A DNA stretch of 61,707 nucleotides, filler included, from Jimgerdemannia flammicorona (lineage: Eukaryota), in assembly GCA_003990765.1 (NCBI GenBank). It is 2 parts of 2 records of this genome, joined end to end, with 100 filler letters (N's around TTAATTAATTAA, not from the genome) between each part and the next. Parts side by side here need not be neighbours in the genome. Positions count along the whole stretch, not along the records: positions 30,915 to 61,707 come from RBNJ01000425.1; 1 more part is not named here. One strand, given 5' to 3'. Made by a program: the position numbers and the translations under genes. The notes beneath the pieces were generated by a model. The model saw only the letters and a program-made list of their open reading frames with translations, was not told where the DNA came from and searched no databases. Positions within the stretch are counted from its first letter, which is position 1. Each line of letters begins with the position of its first letter. Shown in pieces: positions 33,901-47,314 of this stretch.

Positions 33901-34866
33901 CCCTGAGTGCAGAAGAAAGAAGAAGAAATGCAGACATATTCCAGAGATACATGCAGCTGAAGCTGCAGAAGTACAAGCAATTTGGGGTCAAGAATTATCT
34001 AAGAAAGAAGAAACTCCTGAACAGGAGGTTCCTGAGCAAGAAGTACCTGAAAAGGAAGAAGTTCCCAAACTCATTCCTTGGAATATCCCTACTAGACACC
34101 ACTCAAAGATAATGATCCCTGGAAGATTGAAGAAGGATCCAGCATAATCACCATTATTCCCAAGTAAGAAACATATTAAGAAAGAGCCTTTTGGCTAGAA
34201 AGATGTCCACATAAAATGGTCTTCTACTCTCTCTGAGACTACTGCTATCAGTGCCATATACTGGACCAGTAAGAGAGACAGAGACCCAGAAGATTGGAAC
34301 TTCCAACCACAGTTATACAGTCCACCACCTTTCAAGAAGTTATCACTAAGTTGTAATGCCAATTTAGAGGACAAGGTCTCTTTACCTGAACAGAAGTATA
34401 TCCATTGACCACCCTTCTCCCAACTTATGATTAAAATAGATACTAATTATCAAGACAATAAGAGATCAACAACTGGGAATAGCATTTTCAAGTATTGGAA
34501 TATTGCAATCATGGAAGATACCCAGACTGCTGAGACTGCAGACACCAGAAAATTTACCTTAGTCAGGACATTGCAATCTATATCTTGAAGAGAAGAGATA
34601 ACAGAAGTTAGATCACAACTTCGTTTGCTTGAAAAATGCAGAGCAAGCTAAGCCACATAAGTATTCTTTGGCAAAAACAATATGTTCGACCATTTTCTCT
34701 TCAGCAAACAAGGTGTACATAGTGTGGCAGAGATCTGGTGACTATACACAACTAGTTTTATTAAAATCTGATACGTTTTGAGTATATAGCAAGCCAAAAA
34801 TCTTTTGGCTCTGAGTAATTGGTGAGGAGGAGACCTGGTCTGGGTCTACTTAAGGGCTTTGTGACA

Positions 34867-36624
34867 ATGGTGGGGACTGGTGCTGTAGCTAGTGAGATTG
34901 GTGGTCAGGGAAGGCCTACTGGTATTGAAGCTGGCATACTGTAGTAGGGGACAGGAGGGCTGCTGCTAGGCCCATAGGGGTAGGGCAGAGGGGACATAGT
35001 ATTAATAGGGAGAGGAGTCAGATGACTGGTCAGGTGACTGGCCAGGTGTTTGGCAGAGGGCAGGGGTCTGGTGGTGTGATAGCCAGGACTGGTTCTTCTG
35101 GGGCTAGACTGGTGGCTGGGGGAGTAGCTACTGGTAGTATGGCAGTGACTAGTAGTGTGATTGCCAGAGGTTCTGAAAGCAAAGAGAAGATGATATTGGT
35201 AACTGGGATAGGTGAACTGGTAGTGTGCTCTTTCTTCTATAAGTCTGTATTGATGTGGCTTGGGCAGCCAGCCAGAGAGATTCTGTAGCTAGTTGGTGAG
35301 AAGATTTCAAGAGCTGAGTCTTTGAAGATTATTCCATCAGCAGAGGCAGTGGAGGTTGGCTTTATTGAGGAGGATACTATGGTGAAAGCCCTGGAGAAAG
35401 AGCTAGTGGTCAAGAATATCAAGGTGGGGATAGCAAGGTACCTGAGGTGGGACCCATATGCAGTATGCTTGCTGGTTGAGGGTCTGCTAACTTTGAGTCA
35501 ACAAGAGACCAAAGTAATGGTGGCTGAGATACTGGAGAGCTTTGGCAAAATAGTTGAATTCAGGTTTATGTTCTGAGAGAGCACAAAGCTGAGAAATGAT
35601 AATTGTGAGGTGATATTATAGTGAGGAGGAAAGGAGGCAACTGGGCTGAGATGGGACTGGCCTAAGATGAGCCAGATAGGAGGGCAGGAGTGCAAGGTAT
35701 GGAGGAGGAAAGGGTCTGAGCAGGAAGAGGAAGAGATATTGATTACCTTAGAGGAGAGGGAGGCTGAAAAAGAGTTGAGAAAGAGGAAATGGAAGGAGTT
35801 TGCCAAGGATTGGATCTGGATTGAGGCTGATAAGAAGAGGAGGAAGAGGCAGAAGGAGAACTGGGAGTACCTGCAGACAGTCTTCTGGGGATCAGCTGAG
35901 GAGGAGATGGTAAGTGCTAAAGCTGCCAAGGATCAGATAGAAGGAGTGAGAGCAGCTGAGGTGTCCTTTTCACAATTAGGTAGCATGGAGAGCTTGGTTC
36001 ATACTCTGATAAAGAGAAGTGGACTGATAAGGAGATGGTTGGAGTAGGGGGCTTTGAGGATATTGTTGAAGTTATCTCTGAGACTCAGATAGTGGATATC
36101 CACATAGCTGGGGCAGTAAACGTACATTGGGAGTACCCTGAGATAGGTGAGGTGGTGTGGCTAGAGAAGGTTACTGAGGAGGATGACTTGATAGAGGTGG
36201 CCTCAGATGTCTCGACTGACAGAAAGTTACTGTAGGAGCTGGATAGGGTCTCTAGGCCTGCTACTCCTGGGCCCTTAGTGTCAGCAGATGATTGGTATCA
36301 GGCTATACTTGAGGAACTGGTGAAAGAGGACATCAAGGAAGTAGATGTGTTTCATAGTTCTCAGGAGGTGTGGGAGGGGTTTCATAATGTTGCAATGTAG
36401 AACCAAAGTTGGTGATGGTGATGGTGGCAGCACTTTGGGAGGATGAGGGATATGATGTTGGTGAGGAGAGAATGGCAGCTATTAGGAAGGTGATATCTGA
36501 GTGGGTGGACTTTTTCTGTGATAGTGTAAATGACCATTGCATCTAGAGGGCTATTTGTGAGAACCAGAAGAAAATCATTAGGGGTAGGGCTGAGAAGGTG
36601 GCAGCAGTTACAGCAGAGCTTTAA
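34867..36624 (+). pseudogene. LINE ORF1 (RRM-like region, charged C-terminal part)
   Basis: EAVEVGFIEEDTMVKALEK..ILESFGKIVEFRF aligns with EVKVGFVKEASLLEAVEK..IKEYREIVDIRF in the LINE at ~56 kb. Confidence 0.7.
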
Positions 36625-36636
36625 ATAATTTTTCTG

Positions 36637-38357
36637 ATGATAATGAACAGTTTACTTATTTTATCACTCAATGTCAATAGTCTGCATAATGGAGTTAAGT
36701 GGCAGTAACTGTTTTGATAGCACAAGATCAGGAGATATAATATTGTATTTCTTTAGGATATTTGAGCCTATAGTGAGAAGGATTATGAAGAATGGAGCAA
36801 GGAATGGTATGGTGGAACTGGTTGGAATAGACAGGTGGGCATACTGATTGGTGTAGACAGGGGTGAACTGGTGGAGGTAGAAGTTTATGGTAACCAATTG
36901 GTATAGGGTAAATTGTGGGAGCGGGTAGGTAATAGATTGGTAGTAGGCTCAGTTTACCTTCTGGTAGTTGGCAGAGAGCAAAAGCAATGGATGGAGGATT
37001 GGCTAGCTTGGGAAGATTGGGAGGTAGTTGGAATAGTCATTTTTGGAGGGGACTTCAATATGGTATATGATAGAATACTAGACAGGTCTGATAGTAGGGC
37101 AGAGATGGTGCTCTTCTCTGGACTATCTCAATGACTTCAGGTGGAGCATGACATTGGGTTGGTTGATGGTATCCATCAGTAGAGTGACTTCTTTCTCTCG
37201 AACCATACCAGTCAAAAGGTCCAGGTGGAAATTGGATCCCTACAGTGCAGGAGAAGGGGGGCCATCAGTGCCCTGAGGTTGGGTGTACCAGAAGCAGCAA
37301 GAGAAGAGCAGTCCAATGGTATTGAGTTGCCCCAATCTCAAGGCTACAGTTTTTAAGAATTCAAGGGTTTCATCATTTTATGGGCCAGACGGTGTGAGGC
37401 AGGCTCTGGGGGCCACTGGCAAGTTCTCAAGGAGATGTGGAGTCTTATATCTGGTGATGTGGCTGGCTTTGTGGTGAGCATCTGATTCACTGGTGTACTC
37501 TAGCAGGCTGGGGGATGTGGGTCAGGCCCTTAGGCTTTCTTCACTCAGGGGGGGGACTCTCACTGCATCCTCAAGGCATAGAGGTGTACCAGGTGATTTC
37601 GGAAGGGGCTCGGAGAATTTTGGAAGGTGCAGCTGATGATTGGCTAAGGTGGATGAGGTGATCTCAACATATATAGTGATGGCGACTAGTGATTGGTAGA
37701 TACAGGATGGTGCAATTCAAGATGACAGTGATGATCAGACCAGGTGATTGGCCGGTGATGGTGTGATGATCAGCAGAGAGATCAGCAGGTGACTACTTCG
37801 CCACTTTGGAGAGGGAGGAGCTGGTAGGCCGGGTGCATGCTGCAGAGGTACTCGAGGTGCTGGGGTCACGTCCAGTGACCCTTTGGGGCAAGACCAGATA
37901 TGATGGCAGTATCACTTGAGGTGCTGGTATCACAAGCCAGATGGTGACTTCTGACTCAGAGTTGGGCAGGGAGAGCAGCGGTTGGATGGTAGACCCATTC
38001 ATTAAGTATATAGGTTGGTGCTGGGCGGCCAAGGTGGGGTGGAGTAACTCATGGTTGGGGTTTATCAGGCCTGCATACCATTTCATTTCTCTTCATTGTA
38101 TATATTATTTGTATGAGGGGGCTGGTTGTGGCCTTGGTGGTGCATTGTTATTGGCAGGGAGGTGGGGGTGGGAGTGGCTCAGGGCAGAGAGAGCCAGGCC
38201 CTGGTCACCTTGACTTTGCTAAGGTTAGGTGTCAGGTAGCTCGAGGCTACTCTTTTCAGGGCCTGACCCTACTTACTTTCTTGTCAGGTAATCCGGGGAA
38301 TGTTTTCCTGCTGTTCACTATGTAACTATGTTCAGAATAAATGAGTATAGAAAGAAG

Positions 38358-38394
<37 letters not shown>

Positions 38395-41300
38395 TATCTA
38401 TTAGTATCAGAGGAATAAATCAGAGCCCTTTGCTTGGTGGCATTTTGTTGGTAATGTGTTGGTGGGGATGAGAATCAATTAGGTGCTAGTAGCTGAGAGT
38501 TGGGGCAATGTGCTAGACATTATAGATGTGTGATGGTGCCCTTAGTTGGATTATTGAGGGATAGTGGTATGTGGTAGATTCCAGGTGACTAGTGGTAATG
38601 GAGGATATTGCTGCCTCAATGTGGTCTTACTCAGGAGGAAGGTGGAGAGGGAACAGTTTGTGACCATTGCTAGACAGGAGGTGATGTAATGGCAGAATGA
38701 TAAATAGTTAATAGTAGAATGGTAGGGCAAATTCAAGCACTTGGCAGTGCTTACTGGTGAGATATTGGAGAGGTGGCAGGAAAGGAGCTGAAGAATAAGA
38801 AGAGGAGGGTTGAGCAAGGGCTGTAATGGCGACTGAAGTTGATGAAAGGGAGAACTCTGTCTGGGGAGATATGCTGCTAACTAGCTGCAGAGGTGGCTGA
38901 GCTATAGTCAGACTTGAGGACAGCTGAGGACAGAGTAGTAGATGACCTGCTGGCCCAGCTGCAGGCTAGATTGCTAGAGGAAAGAGAGTGGCTGACTAAG
39001 TACCTATCTGGTATCTCGAATGTCAGAAGGGTGTGGTACAGCTTGGCCTCTATTCTGTGAGAGGATGGTGTTAAGGTCTCTGAGATTGCTGAAATACTGG
39101 AAGAGGTCTCAGGGGGATGTCAGGCTCTCTGGCAGGATGAAGGGAGGCCTGAGGAGGGTGAGGTACTTCAGGAGGACAATGCTAATTTGGTGAGCCATTG
39201 GCCAGTTATAGCATTGCCTGAGATGGGTAGTGTAGTGATAAGAATAGTATCTTTGAAAGAGGTGTTAGAGGTATTGTGTAAAGTACAGACAGGTTCATCA
39301 CCTGGGGAGAATAGGCTGCCCTGGAAATTCTGAAAGGAATTTCAGATTGAGTTTGACAGCTAACTGGTGGAAATGGTAAACTATATTTTGAAGGAGAGTT
39401 GCTGGATTGGTAATGGTTCTCTGGAATTAGTCTCACTACTATATAAGGAAAAAGGGGATCAATGAGTGTGGTGGAATTGGTGATCCATTATGCTGCTAAA
39501 TGTGGATAGGAAGTTGATCTCTAAGATTCTGGCTATGAGAATGCAGTAGTGGATTGGCAGGCTGAGAGATGAGAAATAGCAGGGTTTTATCAAGAAGAGA
39601 CAGATTAGAGACAATACTGCTTGGGTGCAGAATGTCTTGAAAGGTTGCAGGAGCTGACAGATAGATGGGTGGATGGTCTTCTTGGATCAGGAGAAGGCCT
39701 ATGACAGGGTGCAGTGGAATTATTTAAAGGCAGTACTGTAGAAGGTGGGGTTTGGTATGATAGAAACTGGGAGATTGATGGGCTTAGTATGAGGCTGCTG
39801 AATAGCTATACTGATGAATGAGTGGAGTGGCCCTGAGTTTGCATTGGGGAGAGGTATGCTACAGAGTGATCCTCTCTCCCCCCTCCTCTATATAATCTCT
39901 TTGAAGCCTTTACTAGTATGGCTAAAGGGGCAGATATTGGGACTGCAGATGAGAGATATGGTCTGGAAGTTGGGGGCTTTCACTGATGATATAGTGGTAG
40001 GATTAGATTGCATGGCAGATGTGGATCTCTTGCAGGAGGGAGTTGGACAGTATGAGAGGCTGGAAGGAGTGAAGTTGAACTCTGACAAGTGTGAGACAAT
40101 AGAGTTTGGTGCTGGGCTGAGAGAGAATGGACAATTTGGGTAGACAGTGGTTGAGGGAAAGGTAGTTAGGTATTTGGGTATTTGGTTCTCAGTATATAGG
40201 ACAGTATTATTGAAGGAGTATTGGTATAGTATGATATAGAAGTGGGAAGGAGCTTTGACTGAGTGGTCAGAAAGGAGTTTCTTCTTAGTGAGCAGGATAG
40301 TAGTCTTAAATGTATATTGGTTGCCCAAGTTGTAATATCTGGAGTATCACCTAGACTTTCCTGAGTGAGTGGTGCAGTGGTTGAAGAAGATAGTAGAGAG
40401 CTGGCTATAGTGTGGGAGGTGGCCACAGATTGGTTGAGAGACATTGTTGATGTGAACAGTAGATAGAGGTCTGGAATTAGTGGACTTCCAGCAGTGATTG
40501 AAGGTACTCAGGGGTTGGTGGGAGAGGTGATTGATAGTACTGAGAGAGGAAGTTGGGGGCAGACTGGCCATGAACAATTGGGAGGTCAGATTCTGTCCCC
40601 ATGATGAGATTAGGAAGTACATATGGGGTTTGCTTCAGGTGAGGAGTATCAGTAGACTGCAGTATAAGGGGTTTTGGTAGGGTATCATAGAAGTGTGGCT
40701 GGCCATGAGATTGGCAGAGCTGAAGTTGGGTGAGGGTGAGGACCCTGAGCTGAGGTGGTAGTGACTAGGGGCCCTTGACATTGGTAGCCATAGCTTGAAG
40801 GAGTACTCACTGGCCAAGACAATGGAATAGATCCAGTCTGGTCCTCTTGAGAGGTGGCTGGTAGGTTGGCAGAAGGCTGGCATTGGTGAAGGAGGAGAGT
40901 GGGGACACATCTGGAGTCAGGAGGCTTTCTTGCTTAAGATAGTATCCCCTAAGTACTGAGTGATGTAGTGGCATTTCTTGAGGAGGAATATGATGCTGAG
41001 CTACTGGAGAGATTGAATGGAAGTGGATAGCTATCAGGATTATGAGTAGTGTAGTGTGGTAGATGATGGGGTAGTTCAGATGCTAGAGCATATCCTGGCA
41101 GCTTGTTCTAGTATTGAAGGATATTAGCAGACTTTGAAAGATTATTGGGGCTCTGAGAGTAGGGGGCTAGAAGATTCCACAAGTCTGGTAATTAAACAGC
41201 AACAGGTGGGGGTAACTAATGACACTTGGGGCAGTTTGGGTCAGGTCTTAGGAGTCTGGGTCCTAATGGCTGTACATTGGCAATGGGTGTCTGAGTAGGA

Positions 41301-41510
41301 TCTATGGATGAGAATTGGTGAATTGGTAGAGCATTAGCAGTGGCTCCTCTAGGAAGTGGTATAAGGGTGGTAGTATCAGAGAAAGTGATATCAGCTGGGG
41401 GCCTTGTGGAAAGTGTAGGATATTGTGCAGCAGAGTCAAGAATATCTAGTGTTGGATAACAAGGGGGTCTAGTAGAAGGAAGGTATTGGATGATTGGCCC
41501 TCAGAGTAGT
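36637..41510 (+). pseudogene. LINE ORF2 (APE endonuclease + RT), interrupted at 37182-38392
   Basis: LSLNVNSL, GGDFNMV, LLNVDRKLISKILA, FLDQEKAYDRV, GMLQSDPLSPLLY, AFTDD. Confidence 0.9.
37182..38392 (+). mobile_element. Poly(A)-tailed retrocopy or non-autonomous retroelement of unknown origin (1211 bp)
   Basis: 14-bp TSD GGTATCCATCAGTA / GGTATCTATTAGTA, AATAAA at ~38336 and an A35 tail. Confidence 0.85.
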
Positions 41511-44500
41511 TGGTTAGCCTCTTCCTAGCAATTTTAGTAATTGTGGTAGTGTTTGGTTTTTATTAATATATATAGATAATTTTAGATAATAAAGGAGTCC
41601 AAGTGGCTATAAAAAAAAAAACAAAAAAACAGAGCTCAGATCTGAAAAAGCCAGACCAAGAAACCAAGAAGAAGGATACTCAAGATCTATGATTTAGGAG
41701 AAGACATCCTAGCTCTCGTCAGACATGCAACTCACTAAGGATGGATAGAGGATGCCACCAACTTCATGGAAGCCCTAGACTCTACAGGAAAGTGAGAAAT
41801 CAACTATCTCTAAGATTGCTCTACTGGAGCCAGATGGCTGTATCTCAACCTCAGAGCCTGGAGGCTCCCTGCTAGTGGAGTTCCAGCCCAAGAGCAGCTA
41901 GAACTCAGTAAGGATATTGCCCAGTATGCCCTGCTACATCCCAAGGCCAAACTCCCGACCAAAGCTTACTAAGAAGATGTAGGGTATGACTTTTACAGTC
42001 TGAGGATGAACTCATCAAGTCTGGCAGAATACTGATGTTCAGAACCAGACTAGCTATGCAGCTACTCTAAGGAATCTACATTTAACTGACCTCAAGGTCT
42101 GGACTTACCAGACAAGGAATAACTGTGGAAAGAGAAACCATAGACCCAGGATATATAGGTGAAATCAAGATTATTTTATATAACAGTAGTACAGAATGGC
42201 ACCAAATTATTAGAGGACAGAAGATTGCTCAAGCAGTCTTCATGAGAGTCAAGACCCCTCAATTATAAGAAGTCTCTGAACTGACTGAAGGAATAAGGCA
42301 AGCTAAAGGATTTGGAAGCTCAGATAAGAAGGAAGTATATCTCCTTCAGGTTAACCACCTCAAAAAGAATTTCCCCCAGCAAGTGTATTATCAATCAGTC
42401 AAACTGCACAAGAATCTCATCCTGGAGCCTAGAGAGCAAACCACTTTTGAAATCTTTGTACCACCCGACCCCAGAAACCTCTTCTTTGAACCCAATGAAG
42501 ATATCCGAAATCTGGACATAGAAGGACACACATTTCCTGATAAGATGAATCCAGTATACTCCTGAGCAACCAACCAAAGTTGGGTGAGCATCATCCTGCC
42601 AAAAAAAAACCACCATTGGACATCTGGTGCCTTTTCTCAACTGAACTCATAGAGAAGTTATAAACTAAACTTATCAGGAAATAGCAAAAGGTCACAGAAG
42701 AAAGGTAAGGCCCCTCTGCGACCCAGGAGACAGTGAAGCCTTCCACCAATATTGGTGAAGAATTGATACCCCAGCAATAACAACAACTAGTAGAACTCCT
42801 CAACAAGTATCAAGATATCTTCACCACTGATTATGGTAACCTGCCATACAACCCATCATATTATGACAGTATGAATATATAAAATACAACACCCATCTGA
42901 CAGAAACCCTATAGAATATCCCATCACCTAAAGATATTTGAAAAGGAGTATATTCAAGAACTCTTAGACAATACAGTCATCTGGTCCTCTACCAGCCCTT
43001 GGGCCAGCCCTATACTTATTGTACCAAAGAAAGGAGGATGGAGACTCTACATAGACTACAGAAAACTCAATTCAGTCACTGAAAAGAATGCATATCCTTT
43101 GCCCAGAATTGATGACCTCTTTGACCAGTTACAAGATGCCAGATACTTCAGCAGTATAGACCTTTTTACAGAATTCCAGGACCCAAAAGACATTCAGAAG
43201 ACAGTCTTTCTTGCTCTAGAAAAACTGTTTGAATACCTCTGAATACCCTTTAGACTTTGCAATGTACCTCCCACCTTCTAGAGATTGATGAATTCAGTCT
43301 ATACCCCCCTGATTCACTACTGTCTAATTGTATATATTGATGATTCTAACATCTATTCAGCAAATTTTGAGGAATACATACACCACCTAGAAGAATTCTT
43401 CAAGCTCACTCACTAGAAGTACCTGAGACTTAATATCAAGAAATGCTACTTTGGGAAACAGAAACTTGAATTTCTTGGATTTATAGTTTTGAAAGAAGGA
43501 ACCCATATAGACCTAAAGAAAACCAAGAAGATCAACAATTGGCCTATACTCAAGACTCTGAAGGAAACACTATCCTTCTTGATACTAGTATCTTACTATA
43601 GGAGGTTTATCAAGAACCTTGCCCAAATAGCTGCTCCAATTCGAATTCTTCTCAAGAAAGGAGTACCTTACAAATAGACAGAATTACAAGAACTAGTCTT
43701 CAAGGAACTCAAGCATCATATGATCACAGCACTAATCCTTATCTACTCCAATCTACAGAAGCCATTCATCTTGTATACAGATATCTCCAAAGATGGTCTG
43801 AGAGCAGTTCTAGCCCAAGAAGGACCTGACCAACAACACTATATAATAACTTATGTAAGTCAAGCTACCAATCAGCAGCAGATGAACTATAGTAGTATTG
43901 AATTGGAATACCTTGCAGTTATATGGGCAGTCACTCTGTTCAAGCATTATTTTATCAGAAAAAGGTTCAATCTGATAACTGATAATACAGCCCTCAAATG
44001 GCTATTCAACTGTAAGAAACCTGCTGGAATCCTAGTCTGCTGGATTCTTATCCTCTAGGATTACAAAATCACCATTATCCACAAAGTAGGAAAAGCTCAC
44101 AACAATATTGATGTACTTTCCACCAACTCCAATAAACCAGAAGAGAGGTATACTGAGGAACTATACTCTAAAGAAAGCTCCTTAGACTATCAACCCAAGA
44201 AGATCTCATCTGAAATGATTATCAGAAAGTTCACTAAGGACAGGAACATATAGAAGAAAAGCTGCAAACAATATACCAATATTGGCCTAATCTCAGAACA
44301 CAAGCCTGAGACATACTCAAGAAATATGATATCTGCTAGAAGTACCAAGGAAGAAAAAACCATTAAGCATCACTACAACCAATCATACCACCAGACAATA
44401 TCTTTCAGAGATAGAGAGTAGACATAATTGGACTCCTACCAGTTATACCAAAAAGAAACAAGTACATTCTTATATTTGTAAAATATCTGACCAAGTGGCC

Positions 44501-45184
44501 TGAGGCTTTCTCAATAGAAATTATAGATGTCCTGACTTTTGTAGGCCTCCTCCATGAACTCACACTCAGATATGGACCCCCAGAAGAACTTATCTCTGAC
44601 CAAGGCACAGAATTCTTCAATAACATAATCATAAGTTATGCCTGAATTCACAAGATACACCTCAAATAAACCACATCATACCACCCTCAGACCAATGGTA
44701 TAACAGAATCAGACTATCAAGAAAGAACTTGCCCAAGTCAATCCTACCAACTGGGACCTCTGCTTACCTGAAATCCTATGGAAAATACAGAACACCCCTG
44801 CTGTCTCTACCAAATAAAAGCCCTTTAAAATAATGTTTGTCAAGAAAACTAGAACTACTGACAATGAGGACTTCAGAGACCTCCTCAAGAAAGCAGAACT
44901 GTTATATAATCAAGCTTGAGCTCAGATTATGAAAGCCTAAGAAAGACAAAAGAAGTATTATGACTAGAAGCAGAAGGATCAGAAGATCAAGATTGGAGAT
45001 CAAGTACTAGTTTGGAGAAGTATAATTGAAACCAAATTTGCTGCCAAACTGAAGCCCAAATGAGAAGGACCTTATCTTGTACACAATATCAGAGAAACCA
45101 GTATCTATTTAAGAAGCATAGATGGATGAACCCTGAGCACACCAGTATACATCAATCACCTCAAGATATATCTCTCCCTACACT

Positions 45185-45700
45185 ATGAATAAGAGAGTTG
45201 ACAACTATCTCCAAACTCTTATTCTCAGTTCTCTCTAAGCTCTACCAGTTCCCCTACTATAGTTCTGAGCACTCAATGTAATATATCTTCAAAGAATCAG
45301 GATTCATCAAAAAAACCTCACTCTGGCTGAGAGATTACTCTAGATCCACCAGCTGCAGGCCTACTATTCAATTGGAGAACAGTTGTAGAATCTTCTCCTC
45401 TCAGATCTGACCTATGTCCATAATATCACTGGCCTGAACAAAAGGAATACCACTACTGCAGAAAGACTATATACAATCTATAAATGGAATTCTTCAGTCC
45501 TGATCCAGGTCCAGTTCTCCCTAAATGATCTCCAAAAATAATCCTATCTACCTACCTCAGTATCATCCACCAAGTTGAGACTCTATTCTCTGAAGAAGAA
45601 GAGGAGCTCCTAGAATAGAGTGACTATAGTACAGATAATAAAGATGATGGAACAGGTATAGATGCAGAAGCTGCTTATGCTTATTGAGTTGATGACTGAA
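45185..45700 (+). pseudogene. Family C accessory ORF3 (~170 aa, acidic C-terminus), copy 2
   Basis: MNKRVDNYLQTLILSS..HQLQAYYSIGEQL..NTTTAERLYTIYK. A homologous frame is present in copy 3. Confidence 0.7.
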
Positions 45701-45738
45701 GAATAGTCTGAGGCAGACTATTCTTCAGTGGGGGCTGA

Positions 45739-47314
45739 TATGATGAGCAAATAGTATAATATAGCCAGATAATATAAACTCTCAGCATAGTATAGTTACC
45801 CATGCCCATCATACTTATAATTAGCCAGAATACTGAATCAGGGTTATTTATCTAAATTCTGAGGACATATCTATGTCTGACAGATATACTCATATTCTAC
45901 TATTCTGCAGACACACTTATGCCTTATAGATATACCTAAGCATTATTAGAGATGGTAAATCTATAATTATCCAGATAGCAACCAGATAGCAACTACAATA
46001 TATAGAATATCCCAGAGGTAAGAATGAATAAACCTCAGTCCCAATTGAAGTACAAACCAAAGAAGTCTCTAAAGATTGAGCATTGGTCCCCTTTTCTCAC
46101 TCCAGTCTACTTTCCAATATAAAGAATGGTCTATTTTTAGTTTACTTGCCAGATAAGCCTGAAGATTTGCTGCTAAAGTTCAAGTGAAGAACTTCACCAC
46201 TATTTGAGTAGTCCACTGCTTAAGAAATAAGCCACTGTTTTGAAGAAGAAGTCTGCCATCTTATCACCAAAGTCAGTCTATTGATATAACTTTACAGTAG
46301 AGCTATATAGTCTAATAATATAACTCTGCATAAACAAAGCCAGTCTTGAAGTAACTTTGCCAAGAGAAAAGAATCTAAGTTATTTAAGAAGTCTACCAAT
46401 TTAGGAAGAATCTGTATCATCTGCCATTTTTTTGTTATTTACTGTTATTTCCAGAGAGTTTGCCTTAAGAAATCTTGCTACAAACCAGTCTATCTTGATG
46501 CAACTTTACAGTAGAGCTAGTCTAACAATATAACTCCATATAAATGAAGCCAGTCTTGATATAACTTTGCCAAGAGAAGAGAATCCAAGTTATTTGGAGG
46601 TCTGCTGATTTAGGAAGAATGCACATTATCTGCTATTTTCAAGTTATTCACCACCATTTCCAGAGATCCCACTTTAAGAAACCTTGTCACAAGCCAGTCT
46701 ATCTTGATGCAACTTCACAGTGGAGTCAGTCTATGATATAACCCCATACAAATGATGCCTGTCCTTGATGTAACTTACCAAGAATCTGTATCTGAGCTAC
46801 CTATATCATCTTAGTTACAAGTTATTCCATATTCCCAAGAGAGCTAATTCAGGAAGAATCCATAACATCTAAGCTACCTGAGTTATTCAAATTATCCACA
46901 TCATCTGAGTTATTCATTCATTCTCAGTGAGCTGCCAATTAAGAAAGAATCTACATCATCTACTATTTCCAGTGAGTTTAATTTAGGCGAATCTGTACCA
47001 AATTGAGTTATCCACCAAATCACATTAGAAAATCCATTTGCAAGATCATCATATATAAGAAACCCACCACACTATATAGAGATTGTCAAACTACACAGAG
47101 ATCATTATACAGAAATCACATACTTTTAGAGATTACCACTTAAGAAGGAAATTGCTTGCAGATATCCAGCTTTGACTATTATACTACTAAACACCAAGAA
47201 TCTTGGAAGTTATAGAATATTTTGTTACTTTTTAACAAAGTAACTGTAGGCTCAAGCCAAACTACATCAACTCCCAATCTTATAATTAGCCTCCATTGAG
47301 CCAGGCATGTTATA
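45739..47314 (+). repeat. Family C copy 2 3' LTR with internal ~170-220-bp tandem repeats
   Basis: Homologous to 22402-23854. A CCAGTCT..TAACTT..CCAAGA block recurs about three times in 46270-46800. Confidence 0.85.

Larger units (their letters stand above)
34615..41627 (+). mobile_element. Full-length L1/Tx1-like LINE, degenerate
   Basis: ORF1, APE-RT ORF2, poly(A) tail, and a degenerate ~15-bp TSD AACAGAAGTTAGATC / AACAGAGCTCAGATC. The gypsy sequence resumes after the tail. Confidence 0.92.
30934..47314 (+). mobile_element. Ty3/gypsy family C copy 2 (5' LTR tail to 31178, 3' LTR 45739-47314), carrying a LINE insertion
   Basis: Colinear with copy 1 but with many more stops. PPT-like AGTGGGGGCTGA precedes 45739. 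A poly(A) run at 30915-30933 abuts the LTR tail. Confidence 0.92.
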
